From contig OZ037765.1 of assembly GCA_964035545.1 (NCBI GenBank), positions 34,992,080 through 35,056,079 on the forward strand: 64,000 nucleotides of DNA, in the 5' to 3' direction. The position numbers were made by a program, and so were the translations under genes. The DNA is from Bugula neritina (Eukaryota; Animalia; Bryozoa). The notes beneath the pieces were generated by a model that made no database searches, was not told where the DNA came from, and saw only the letters and a list, made by a program, of their open reading frames with translations. This document shows, piece after piece, positions 23,537 through 35,062 of this stretch (positions within the stretch are counted from its first letter, which is position 1; each line of letters opens with the position of its first letter).

Positions 23537-26097
23537 ATGGCTCCATCACGTGATAAAGTGAGTCTGGAGGAGAGGTACAACTATATAGATAGTCAGGTCT
23601 CTGAAATACATCCTGTGATGAAGAAGTTACGAGAGGTGTGGCCCCCCTCCGCCCTTACAGTGTTTTCTTGTTATGGTTTTGAAGTGTATAATTTTATACA
23701 AAGTTGATTATAAATAAATGAAATATTTATTGTAATAATTCATAGCCTGGTAGTGGCAAGTCACTTACATTTTTATAAGAAATATTTTGTTTTGTTGTAT
23801 ATATATCATACTATTACACGCTAATGTAATTATAGTAATGATATATATCATACTATTACATGTTACTATATTCTAACGATATATATCGTAGTATTACATA
23901 TTATGTTACAGGCTACAGAATCACACCCTAGAGGTCACATGATAAGCGCTGTCAGTAGCACAATGTTGCTGTCTAACATGATCCGGTTTGCTGGCGCAAA
24001 AAGGTGTCTAGAAATTGGTAAGCTGTCCTGTGTGCTGTATGGATTGTGGGACAAGGGTCATTAGGTTAAAGGTCAACTAAAGAAGGTCTTTGCAACTTTG
24101 GTATAAGCTGAAAAGTAAAGGCAATGGCTCTAGTTAAAGTGATAAAGCCATGTTAGTAAAGGAAAATAAATTGCTCTACCCTCAGGCATCTGACTGCTAC
24201 CCTCAGGCATCTGACTGCTTCCCTCAGGCATCTGGCTGTACATTTCTGCTCAACAGTAGAATGATTTCTATATGTATTTCCAAATAACTTCAAGCCATTA
24301 GTTCAGCTGTATCAGTGAGAATTGTAGCAACAGAATGTCTTCTGAATTATTCTAACAAGTGTTGTTGGAGTTATTACCCCTGTAGAGATGTACAGATCTT
24401 CTCTTGGTTGAGGTTCTTTGAGCTCCACTCGTTCAATTACCAACACGATGCTTCAGTGTCCCTCACTGAACTCAAACTACATCCTGCAGAAACTCAAACT
24501 ACATCCTAGCAGACATAATACTGGGTATACTTGTGTCAATTGGTAGGTGTGTTTACTGGATACAGCAGTCTAGCCTGGGCACTCAGTATTCCTCAAGATG
24601 GTAAAGTTGTAGCCTGTGATATCTCAACTGAGTTTACAGATATTGGAAAACCATTCTGGAAGGAGGCGGGTGTAGACCATAAGATTGACCTGAGGATAGC
24701 ACCTGCTCTCGATACACTTCGTGAGTTACTTGTATTGAATTCGGTGCTGCCGTTCCTATGGCCTAGTTTCAGTCAGTTAAACTTCCCTAGAAAATCACCT
24801 GCAATATGCTTCATTGTTACTTAGCTTGAGTTTATAACTTTTAGTTGAGCAGTTAGGAGGTTGCCCCTGTATTTCATATCCCATCAAGTTCTCATGCTAT
24901 AAAGTTTTAGAACTAGTGGCATCTTTACAGAAAGCTGACCAGTCAGTTCACTCAATCAGTTCAACTTGTGTGATATTCATTCATTTGCTACTCACAGTAG
25001 CCTGTGATATGCCTTTACTGATATTAAGTTGATGCTAAAACTATGTTATCAAATTTTCCAAAGGTGAAGGCCATATTGTTAACTTTTGCTCAACTATCCG
25101 CCATCATTATAAATTTGATTGCTTAAAGTTTTTCTTGTAATGACAAGGATTGTGGTATTGCAATTTCCTGGGTGACCTTAGAACAGTGTCTATAATTAGT
25201 TATTCTCCCATCATGTGATATGACTCATTCAGTCACATGATGTTATTCACAGGCAGGTACATTGTACATGGTGCCATTAATTTGTATGCCCGGTCTGTCG
25301 AGTTTGGTGTCGAGTTACAACATATGAACAACAAATTGTTATACTACTAGACCTTAGCCAAGCTGAAAATAGCATCTTTCCATGCAAATAATTTCACTAA
25401 TGTCTACTCTATTACAACTTATATTCCTATGATCTCTATGTTATAGAATCACTGATAGATGCAGGCGAAAGTGGAACATTCGACTTCATATACGTTGATG
25501 CTGACAAGTTAAATGCTGACGTCATCTACGAACTTTCCTTAAAACTAGTTCGTACCAACGGCATCATAGCTTTCGATAATGTGAGTTTTGTATTATAACA
25601 GGGACTGATAATTTACTTTATTTTAGTAGTTGCTCTACTCTGTAAATGTATAGTGGCATGTTTGTACTGCAGTAACCCATAAATTGCCTACTATACATAT
25701 AACTGACTATACTATATGCTATACTATGCATATAACTCACTATACTATATGCTATACTGTACATATAACTCACTATACTACATGCTATACTGTACATATA
25801 ACTGACTATACTATATGCTATATTATACATATAACTGACTATACTACATGCTATACTGTACATATAACTGACTATACTATATGCTATACTATACTATATA
25901 CTCTCTATACTATATGCTATACTATACATATATGACTGCAGGGATTCATGAAAGGTGAAATACTTCTATCAGAAGAGAATGAGAGAGCAGGGGTAGCAGC
26001 CATGAGGAAGCTGAATATGAAGATCAAACAAGACCCTAGAGTCAGCTCTGTCATGCTCAACATGGCTGACGGCACTTACGTCTGCATCAAGAACTAG
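23537..26097 (+). CDS. COMTD1: O-methyltransferase copy 3, about 222 aa; exons 23537-23635, 23912-24017, 24547-24720, 25447-25580, 25942-26097
   Basis: Same exon sizes and phases; LEIGVFTGYS, YVDADK, AFDN. Confidence 0.88.
25687..25932. repeat. 33-bp minisatellite, about 7 copies, OMT3 intron 4
   Basis: CTATACTGTACATATAACT(C/G)ACTATACTA(C/T)ATG units running up to the acceptor. Confidence 0.9.
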
Positions 26098-26569
26098 ATG
26101 TGTATACTGGCTTCCTATTGGCTAGTGATTGCTTACACCAGCCACTATTAGTCATACGTCTGCATCAAGAACTAGATGTGTATACTCACTTCCTATTGGC
26201 TAGTGATTGCTTACATAAAAGAAACCCTGCTAGCATAATAAGATTTTTAAAATTCCAGCAATATTTCTACCAGTTTTGTATCATTGCTATTAGATTTTAC
26301 ATGACATTTTCATTACATAGTTTAGCTTTTACTATTTCAGTGCCAGTCATGTTGATGTCTAAATACACTTTTGTGAAAGCCACCGTTTTATTTGGTTTTT
26401 GTAAAACACATAAAAAAATTAAAACTAAACAAAAATAATGTCATTCTAATGATTGTCTATAAAGCCTACAAACTGTGTATTAGCAACCTCTACCCTGGAG
26501 GGGGGGGGTCTGTAACCTCTACACTGGGGGGGGGTCTGTAACCTCTACCCTGGGGGGGGGGGGTAGTTG

Positions 26570-29500
26570 TCAGTCCACAGGGTCCAGCTCTGTCTCCAGT
26601 TTACCAGAGCTGGGAAGACTGGAGCCTGGTGCACTCTGACTCGACATGACATCTGATGTGACGGGTAAACTGTGACTGTGTGACTCCGTCACACTCTCCC
26701 CTCCGTCAGAATTGGAGTTGGAGGCAATGAAATTGGTCTGAAGTAGAGTAGGGGAGGCGTTGCCGCCCGCCTCACTCAGCATAGGAGACTGGGCTATGAC
26801 CGGGGACTTGTCAGGAGTGAAGTCTCGGGTGTCCTGGTCTGTCAGATTGGCTGTAAGAGAAAGGAGAGTATAGAGCAGTGTGCTGGCAATCTGCAGGGGA
26901 TATGAACCCCCTGGCTAAGGGGTGGATGATACAAGAGCTCAAACTACAAACAGCAGGCTGAACATCCTGTTACAAACTTGCTTGGAGTTTGAGTATAACG
27001 ATGGCTGCCGCAGGACCTGCTGACAGTGATGAACCTCTGCAGAGAGACGCAGAGCTTAACGTCTTCTTTCAAGAGATCTTAGCTAACAGGTCAACAGACT
27101 AGGCTGTGATACAAACAACTCCAAGGGTTGGCAATGAGGGAAACTGAGACAATACAATAAACACCATACAGTCAACTACAGTGAGAAGCTAAATATCATG
27201 TAAAGAGTTAGTAGAGTGCTGACCTGCAGACGTCATGCTATTGGTCAGTACTTTATTGTCACTGAGACAGCTGCTGCCACCTCCGCTGCCACCGTCTGAA
27301 GGAGTGAAGGGCCAGAACCTCTGGGCCTGTCTGATCTGAGGCTTACACTTGCGGGACTGAAACACGGCAACAGGATATAGATAGGAGGAGTTTACTGAGA
27401 CAGGATATAGATGGGAGGAGTTTACTGAGACAGGATATAGATAGGAGGAGTTTACTGAGACAGGATATAGATGGGAGGAGTTTACTGAGACAGGATATAG
27501 ATAGGAGGAGTTTACTGAGACAGGATATAGATGGGAGGAGTTTACTGAGACAGGATATAGATAGGAGGAGTTTACTGAGACAGGATATAGATGGGAGGAG
27601 TTTACTGAGACAGGATATAGATAGGAGGAGTTTACTGAGACAGGATATAGATGGGAGGAGTTTACTGAGACAGGATATAGATGGGAGGAGTTTACTGAGA
27701 CAGGATATAGATGGGAGGAGTTTACTGAGACAGGATATAGATAGGAGGAGTTTACTGAGACAGGATATAGATGGGAGGAGTTTACTGAGACAGGATATAG
27801 ATGGGAGGAGTTTACTGAGACAGGATATAGATGGGAGGAGTTTACTGAGACAGGATATAGATGGGAGGAGTTTACTGAGACAGGATATAGATAGGAGGAG
27901 TTTACTGAGACAGGATATAGATGGGAGGAGTTTAGTGAGACAGGATATAGATGGGAGGAGTTTAGTGAGACAGGATATAGATGGGAGGAGTTTAGTGAGA
28001 CAGGATATAAATGGGAGGAGTGGGTGGATATAGAAGTACTACACAGTGGTGGATATAGAAGTACTAGGTAGTGGTGGATACAGTACCTTAGACTGTTCTA
28101 GGGGGGAGCAGGACTCTAGCATGGGCTGCAGTATTCTACGTCTGGCGTTGATGAACCAGTTATTAACTTGGAGTATGGAAAGACTGGTCTGTTGAGAGAG
28201 AGATTTCTTCTCCTCCTCTGTAGGGTACGGGTGCTGCCAGAACAAAGGCAGCGTGAGACAGGCATGTCAGAAAAAGTAAACACAATACAAAAAGAACCAA
28301 ATATTGCTTGATTGTCAACTTCTGTAGAAAAACTGATTGCAAAACTACATTGGGTAGTACTAGTAGTAGTAGTAGTACTAGTAATAGTAGTACTAGTAGT
28401 AGTAGTAGTACTAGTAGTAGTAGTACTAGTAATAGTAGTACTAGTAATAGTAGTAGTAGTAGCAGTAGTAATAGTAGTAGTAGTAGCAGTAGTAATAGTA
28501 GTAGTAGTAGTAGTAGTAATAGTAGTAGTACTAGTAATAGTAGTACTAGTAGTAGTAGTAGTAATAGTAGTAGTACTAGTAATAGTAGTAGTACTAGTAG
28601 TAGTAGTACTAGTAATAGTAGTAGTAGTAGCAGTAGTAATAGTAGTAGTAGTAGCAGTAGTAATAGTAGTAGTAGTAGTAGTAGTAATAGTAGTAGTACT
28701 AGTAATAGTAGTACTAGTAGTAGTAGTAGTAATAGTAGTAGTACTAGTAATAGTAGTAGTACTAGTAATAGTAGTAGTACTAGTAGTAGTAGTACTAGTT
28801 GTAGTAGTAGCAGCAGCAGTACTAGTAGTAGTACTAGTAGTAGTAGTAGTAGTAGTACTAGTAATAGTAGTAGTAGTAGCAGCAGTACTAGTAGTAGTAG
28901 TAGTAGTAGTAATAGTAGTAGCAGTAGTAATAGTAGTAATAGTAGTCGTAGTAGTAGCAGTAGTAGTAGTAGTACCAGCAGCAGTATCAAAACAAAATAT
29001 TCCTATTTTCACAATGTATCTGCACAAAACAATATCAGATTAGTATCCATGTAAAAGGAAAACCAAACTGCCTAATCTGTCTTTAATTCAAGGGCTGCCA
29101 GCTACTAAAACACAGACTAATCTGGAAATAACACACACACATCTGTTGATTGGAGAAGTTAAAGTTACAAGGAGTTGTGAGCCCTCGTATCACTATGGTG
29201 ACTCACCACAACGTGTTTGAATAGCCAAGACTTCATAACTTCTGTGGCATGTTTAGGCAGGACACCTCTCTTAGATGTGACGGGGAGATAATCCCCTTTA
29301 CTTTCTGTATTCTCTAGGAATAGTATGTATACTGATATACTGTAGGATATACTGTAGGATATACTGTAGGATATACTGTAGGATATACTGTAGGATATAC
29401 TGTAGGATATACTGTAGGATATACTGTAGGATATACTGTATGACATAATATTACACTCACCTGTATGACAGAATATTACACTCACCTGTATGACAGAATA

Positions 29501-32110
29501 TTACACTCACCTGTATTGGATGTCATGTGGAGACTAGCAGACGAGCTGCCGATGTGAGAGAAAGGCGTTCTGCCGTGAACCATCACCTCCGCCCTCTCCG
29601 GCAGACTCATCTGCAACAGGAAACGCAGCACATTACAACTCGGAGACTAGCGGGTACTTGAAGTTATCTCCCCAACACTGCTACACGCTCTGCTACTCAC
29701 ACAGTGTTGGAGTGAATGTAATGTGTAATACAGTATACTACAATATAGTACAGTATAATACTGTATAATACTGTATAATACTGTATAATACTGTATAATG
29801 CTGTATAATGCTGTATAATACAGCATGATACTGGAATACAACCTTTGTGAAGCTGCTGTCCTGTGAAAAGTTAGTGCCAGTTCCAGAAGCAGTGACTGAT
29901 GAGTCGGAGAGAGGGGTGGGGACGGTGTCCATATCTGCAAGAGACAAGTGGCTGGTAACTGAGGCTACACAACTCAACAATACAAACAGAGAGCAGACAT
30001 ATACTCGGGCTACGAGATATTTGCAACTGAGGCTAGTTTTCTACTAGATATAGATAGCACGGCTTGGAGTTGTTTCCTCATGTTTATATTAAATAGCTAA
30101 AACAACACGTGTAGAGTTACTAGAGCAATATATCAACAGGTGTAGAGTTATTAGAGCAAGATATCAACACGTGTAGAGTTACTAGAGCAGTATATCAACA
30201 GGTGTAGAGTTACTAGAGAAAGATATCAACACGTGTAGAGTTAGGCTACTAGAGCAATATATCAACACGTGTAGAGTTACTAGAGCAGTATATCAACAGG
30301 TGTAGAGTTACTAGAGCAAGATATCAACACGTGTAGAGTTACTAGAGCAAGATATCAACATGTGTAGAGTTACTAGAGCAATATATGAACACGTGTCGAG
30401 TTACTAGAGCAGTATATCAACACGTGTAGAGTCACTAGAGCAATATATCAACAGGTGTAGAGTTACTAGAGTCAACACCCACCCAAGTCGTAGTCGTAGT
30501 CACTGTCAGAGTCGTCCCCCTTGAGCAGGATTTGACTGTTGAGTTTAGTTCTGATGGATGAGATGTAGCGAGAGCAGAAGTCCAGACAGAGTTCGTGAAC
30601 TTTCTCCAGTTCCAGCAGGTGTATCCTCAGCACCTGTATGGCCTTCACCATCTACAGTACAGTACACTACAGTACAGTGCAGTACAGTGCAGTACAGTAC
30701 AGTGCAGTACAGTACACTACAGTACAGTGCACTACAGTACAGTGCAGTACAGTGCAGTACAGTACAGTACACTACAGTACAGTGCAGTACAGTACAGTGA
30801 AGTACAGTACAGTGCAAAACAGTACAGTGCAGTGCAGTACAGTACAGTACAGTGAAGTACAGTGAAGTACACTACAGTACAGTACAGTGCAGTGCAGTGC
30901 AGTACAGTAGAGTGCAGTACAGTACAGTGCAGTGCAGTACAGTACACTACAGTACAGTGAAGTACAGTGCAGTACAGTGCAGTGCAGTGCAGTGCAGTGC
31001 AGTGCAGTACAGTGCAGTACAGTGAAGTACAGTGAAGTACACTACAGTACAGTACAGTGAAGTACAGTGAAGTACAGTGCAGTACAGTACAGTGCAGTAC
31101 AGTACAGTGCAGTACAGTACAGTGCAGTACAGTGCAGTGCAGTACAGTACACTACAGTACAGTACAGTGAAGTACAGTGAAGTACAGTGCAGTGCAGTAC
31201 AGTGCAGTACAGTGCAGTGCAGTACAGTGCAGTACAGTACAGTGAAGTACAGTGCAGTACAGTACAGTGCAGTACAGTGCAGTACAGTGCAGTACAGTAC
31301 ACTACAGTACAGTGCAGTACAGTGCAGTGCAGTACAGTACACTACAGTACAGTACAGTGAAGTACAGTGAAGTACAGTACAGTGCAGTGCAGTACAGTGC
31401 AGTGCAGTACAGTGCAGTACAGTACAGTACAGTGCAGTACAGTACAGTACAGTGCAGTACAGTGCAGTGCAGTGCAGTACAGTACAGTACACACCACCTC
31501 AATAGATTACACAGCAGCTAGCTCTATATCAGTCATACAGTATATACTACGAGTCATACAGTATATACTATAAGTCATACAGTATATAATGTGAGTCATA
31601 CATTATGAATGAGTCACATATAGTTTCATTAGACGAATTGGGAAGACGAATAACAATAGAAATCGTGGAAACCCAATATCAATGCTGGCGGAGCAAGCGA
31701 TGACTCATGATGGACACAGCAGACAGGTTAGTGGGCAGCCCTGTGAGCTTATAGGAAGGCGGGGGCGGAGGTGACATGTCTAAGTGATTTGGTGTTGAAA
31801 TGAATACAGTTAGTTTCATAATGAAGAGACTGGAGAGAAGATAACTTCACACGAGTATTTAATAGTCTCTCACCAGGTTGTCCAGCTCATCATTCCCAGA
31901 CACAAGGGAACCGGCAGCCGACTGGGAGCTCCAGCTGCTCTTCATTGCTGCCACAAACTCTGCCATCTGAGCATTGAAGACCCGGGTGGTGGTGACTTTG
32001 TCTATGTTGGCGGTGGCAGCTTCACACTTCTCAAACAGCATGGAGAGGAGAGGGAAGAGGGGGTGTCGCAGTATTTGCTGCTTCTCAAGGTCCCAATTGG
32101 CAGCAGCCAT
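26570..32110 (-). CDS. PKNOX1: TALE homeobox protein PKNOX/Prep, about 421 aa; exons 31874-32110, 30483-30651, 29843-29934, 29511-29610, 29207-29313, 28087-28233, 27224-27356, 26570-26850
   Basis: HPLFPLL..LFEKCE (HR1), [18 protein letters not shown] (HR2, PKNOX rather than MEIS type), [36 protein letters not shown] homeodomain, QRFWP; exon phases consistent. Confidence 0.92.
27371..28020. repeat. 30-bp minisatellite, about 21.7 copies, PKNOX intron 6
   Basis: CAGGATATAGAT(A/G)GGAGGAGTTTA(C/G)TGAGA. Confidence 0.97.
28354..28985. repeat. Degenerate (AGT)n microsatellite with ACT/AAT/AGC interruptions, PKNOX intron 5
   Basis: Direct reading; source of the poly-S/V/L/T ORFs. Confidence 0.97.
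29335..29514. repeat. 12-bp ATACTGTAGGAT (about 9 copies) plus a 25-bp donor-containing unit (3 copies), PKNOX intron 4
   Basis: Direct reading. Confidence 0.92.
30105..30470. repeat. 31-bp minisatellite, about 12 copies, PKNOX intron 2
   Basis: ACGTGTAGAGTTACTAGAGCAATATATCAAC variants. Confidence 0.95.
30652..31490. repeat. (CAGTR)n 5-bp satellite, PKNOX intron 1, abutting the acceptor
   Basis: CAGTA/CAGTG/AAGTA/CACTA units. Confidence 0.97.
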
Positions 32111-33309
32111 GTTTTGGGGAAGTCAGCTCATACGAGGAACAGAGTAGAGGGAGGGAGGAGTCATATTGCAACCTAAAATAGAGCAATATAATACACCTCC
32201 TATGTCTCCATCAGGTGCAACAGCATACCCCATATGACAGATACTCAATCATGGGAAATTCCAAATTTAAAACTTGCCTATTGATGAAAAGATTGAATGT
32301 TTCTTGCAACTAAATATTGTAATAAATTATTAGTATAGTCAGTATATAGTGCAGTAACTGTTTCATTATGCACAATGATAATCATTATCAAGTTCAACAA
32401 TGAATAATTAGTAATTCATGGAGACAAAATATTAGAAGGCTGATAAAATGGCTAGAACCAATAGTACAACTTGATTTTAGTTTTAAAACTATTGGATGTG
32501 GTCTATAATTAATTTGTCATCATCATTTGAAGTAAAAGTATCACATTATATGAGTATTAAAACTACTAATAATAAAGTTTATACCTTGAATAACTTAGTC
32601 TTAAGGCTTGCAAGTTAAATTTATTGTAAGCAATACTAAATTACTAGTAGCAATAGTAACACTAGTAATATTTGTATTACTATTACTAATACTAATAGTA
32701 ATACTATAACTAATACTATTACTATTAGTATTACTATTAGTAAATCTAATACTAATAGTAATACTAATACCCATCAGACTTAGTCATAACTAATAGTTAC
32801 TACTTACTAGTACTAGTAGTAGTAATAGTAATACTAATACTATTAGTAATAGTATTAGTATTAGCATTACCAGCTACTATTACTATTAGTAATGATTAAG
32901 TATAATAATAATGGGTATTACAATTACTATTACTGTATTACTATTAGTATTAGCATTATCAATAGATCTATTAATACTAATACTGATCAGTATTACTATT
33001 AAGTATTAGTATTACTAATACTGTAATAGTTATACTTATAGTTATAGTAATAGTAATAATAATATTTAATTTTATAGTTAAACTTGAAAGGTGAAGGTAA
33101 TCATAATCATAATGTAGATGTTTACATTTAATGATTTATGTATTATAACTTTGTATTTAATGCGAACATATTAGTTTCTATTTTATAAACGACGGATGAA
33201 ATAGAAGTAGTTGGCTAGTTTTTCAGTGAGTTTAGTCACATGCTTCAGTTTACATGTGAGCACATGTTTTTGCAGATTATCTGTAAGTTTGATGGACAGT
33301 TCTCTCATC

Positions 33310-33480
33310 AATAGACGCTGTCAGTCTTTTGCAAAATGGCGATTGCGAACCTAAAAACCACGCCCTGTCAACTTTTTAACCAATCATGCACATAAGACGA
33401 AGTAGACTAAACTTTCGCCGTAAAAAGAGAATAGTAAGGGGCGTGGCCTCAACAAGCAGTTGTAAAGATTGGACAAATGC
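33310..33480. promoter_or_regulatory. Probable bidirectional promoter core for PKNOX and TRAPPC4
   Basis: Between divergent genes: YY1-like AAAATGGCG 33333, GC/KLF boxes CCACGCCC 33358 and GGGGCGTGGC 33438, CCAAT 33380, ATTGG 33468, CTGTCA 33318 and 33365. Confidence 0.6.
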
Positions 33481-33667
33481 GTAATGAAAATAAGTTTATT
33501 AACTTTGGGATCAGCCTACCAGAAGGTCAAGGTTAAGACCAAATTTTCTCAACCGAGATAGATGGCATGTATATAAGTACCAGTATTGCCAAATGATATA
33601 AGTTGTAGAATTTTGTCTATGAATTTTAAAGTTTTAATTTTCGTTCATTTCCTGGGCTCGTAAATTG

Positions 33668-33707
<40 letters not shown>

Positions 33708-35062
33708 CATAGTATTGAGCTGTTTTAATTACAATAATTTTAAGTTAGTGCTATTACTATTAGTATTTATATAAATCGAAAATATATATCGAAACCCCCA
33801 AAATTTGATTTAAATAAAAAGTTCACGTCTAAGTTCCCGTTCTACGACTACTGGTACTACTAGTACTACGAGTACGTCTGGTCTACTACTACTACTACTA
33901 CTACTACTACTAATAGTACTACTACTACTAGTACTGTACTAGTACTGTACTAGTAGTACTACTATTGGTACTTCTACTTGTAGACTCTAGTTTTACTTCT
34001 ACTCATACTGGCACTGTCATAGTGATAGTAATACCTTACGGGCCTACTCATATTTCCACTGTTGTAGTAATAGTAAATGTAATACTAATATTAATACTTA
34101 TAATAAATGTAATATTAATAATAAGTTATGGGTCATTTTACTTAATTTAGTACACACTGGATATCTTCAGTTTTTGGCTATTTTTCACAATTTAGCTGGT
34201 AATGAACATGGTCTTTTGGCCAAAACTAGTAAAAAACCAATAAATACACCTGAATAATCAAAGTTCTTTTTAATTTTGCTTCATTTTCTAGGTTTTTTCC
34301 TAATTATTCAGCTAGTTTTAGTTACGGATCGTTACGGTTTTTTCGTAACGGTCTGCACATATAGAATATTAAGTGCATATGACAATGACCTGTGCTTTAA
34401 TGTTGGGGAATCCCCTTCCAGTCTTTTTTGTTATGCGTAGTTAAAACCAGCACATAAAAATAGCATGTATAGTAAATTTCAATTGATTTTGAGCAAACTT
34501 TATTGTTGGGTCATAAGTTGCTGGTGTGTACTAAATGAAGTAAACTGACTCTTATACTTTACTTGAAGGAATCTTTGGATATAATTAAAATTTTAATCAA
34601 ACTTGAAAGATTGTAGTGTTTCAAGTTTTTACTTATAAAACTATCAACTTCAATTACGTGAACGTCAACGTGTGAAGTTTTTTAATATTGTGTGCGTTTT
34701 GCATGCAATTAAAAAGTTTTTAAAGACATATTTTTGCAATCTTGTAAAGATTTTTACAAACTACGTTGTTACTATTAAGGTACAAGGCTAAAGTTTAAAT
34801 TTAATGAGTTACTGCTTTAATTTTTTTACCTAATCTCAATGTTTTTATCAGCTATCATCATGCCACTAAGTTTCCTATATCAATATTTAACAAAATTCAT
34901 TTGCAGTTGCTTTATATCTGATTATGTAGACCCAATACATGCTATTCACATATCATAATCATCCCATATTGTATTTGAATAGAGTAATGAAAATAGAATA
35001 AGCATCTGTGAAGTAAATTAACTCTGTTATTGAATGATTTTAGCTTGTGGACCGTCTGTTTG

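Noticed and set aside
9528-26097. Bacterial origin or contamination of the OMT genes
   Set aside because: Four conserved spliceosomal introns per copy and animal neighbours; the family is native to animals.
27371-28020. CRISPR-like 30-bp periodicity (also the 29-35-bp arrays elsewhere)
   Set aside because: Head-to-tail units with no unique spacers, no cas genes, eukaryotic intron context.
28116-29054. Poly-Thr/Leu/Ser/Val ORFs resembling mucins or membrane proteins
   Set aside because: Translations of an (AGT)n microsatellite within a PKNOX intron.
30545-31573. Cys/His/Tyr-rich ORFs resembling metal-binding proteins
   Set aside because: Translations of the (CAGTR)n satellite.
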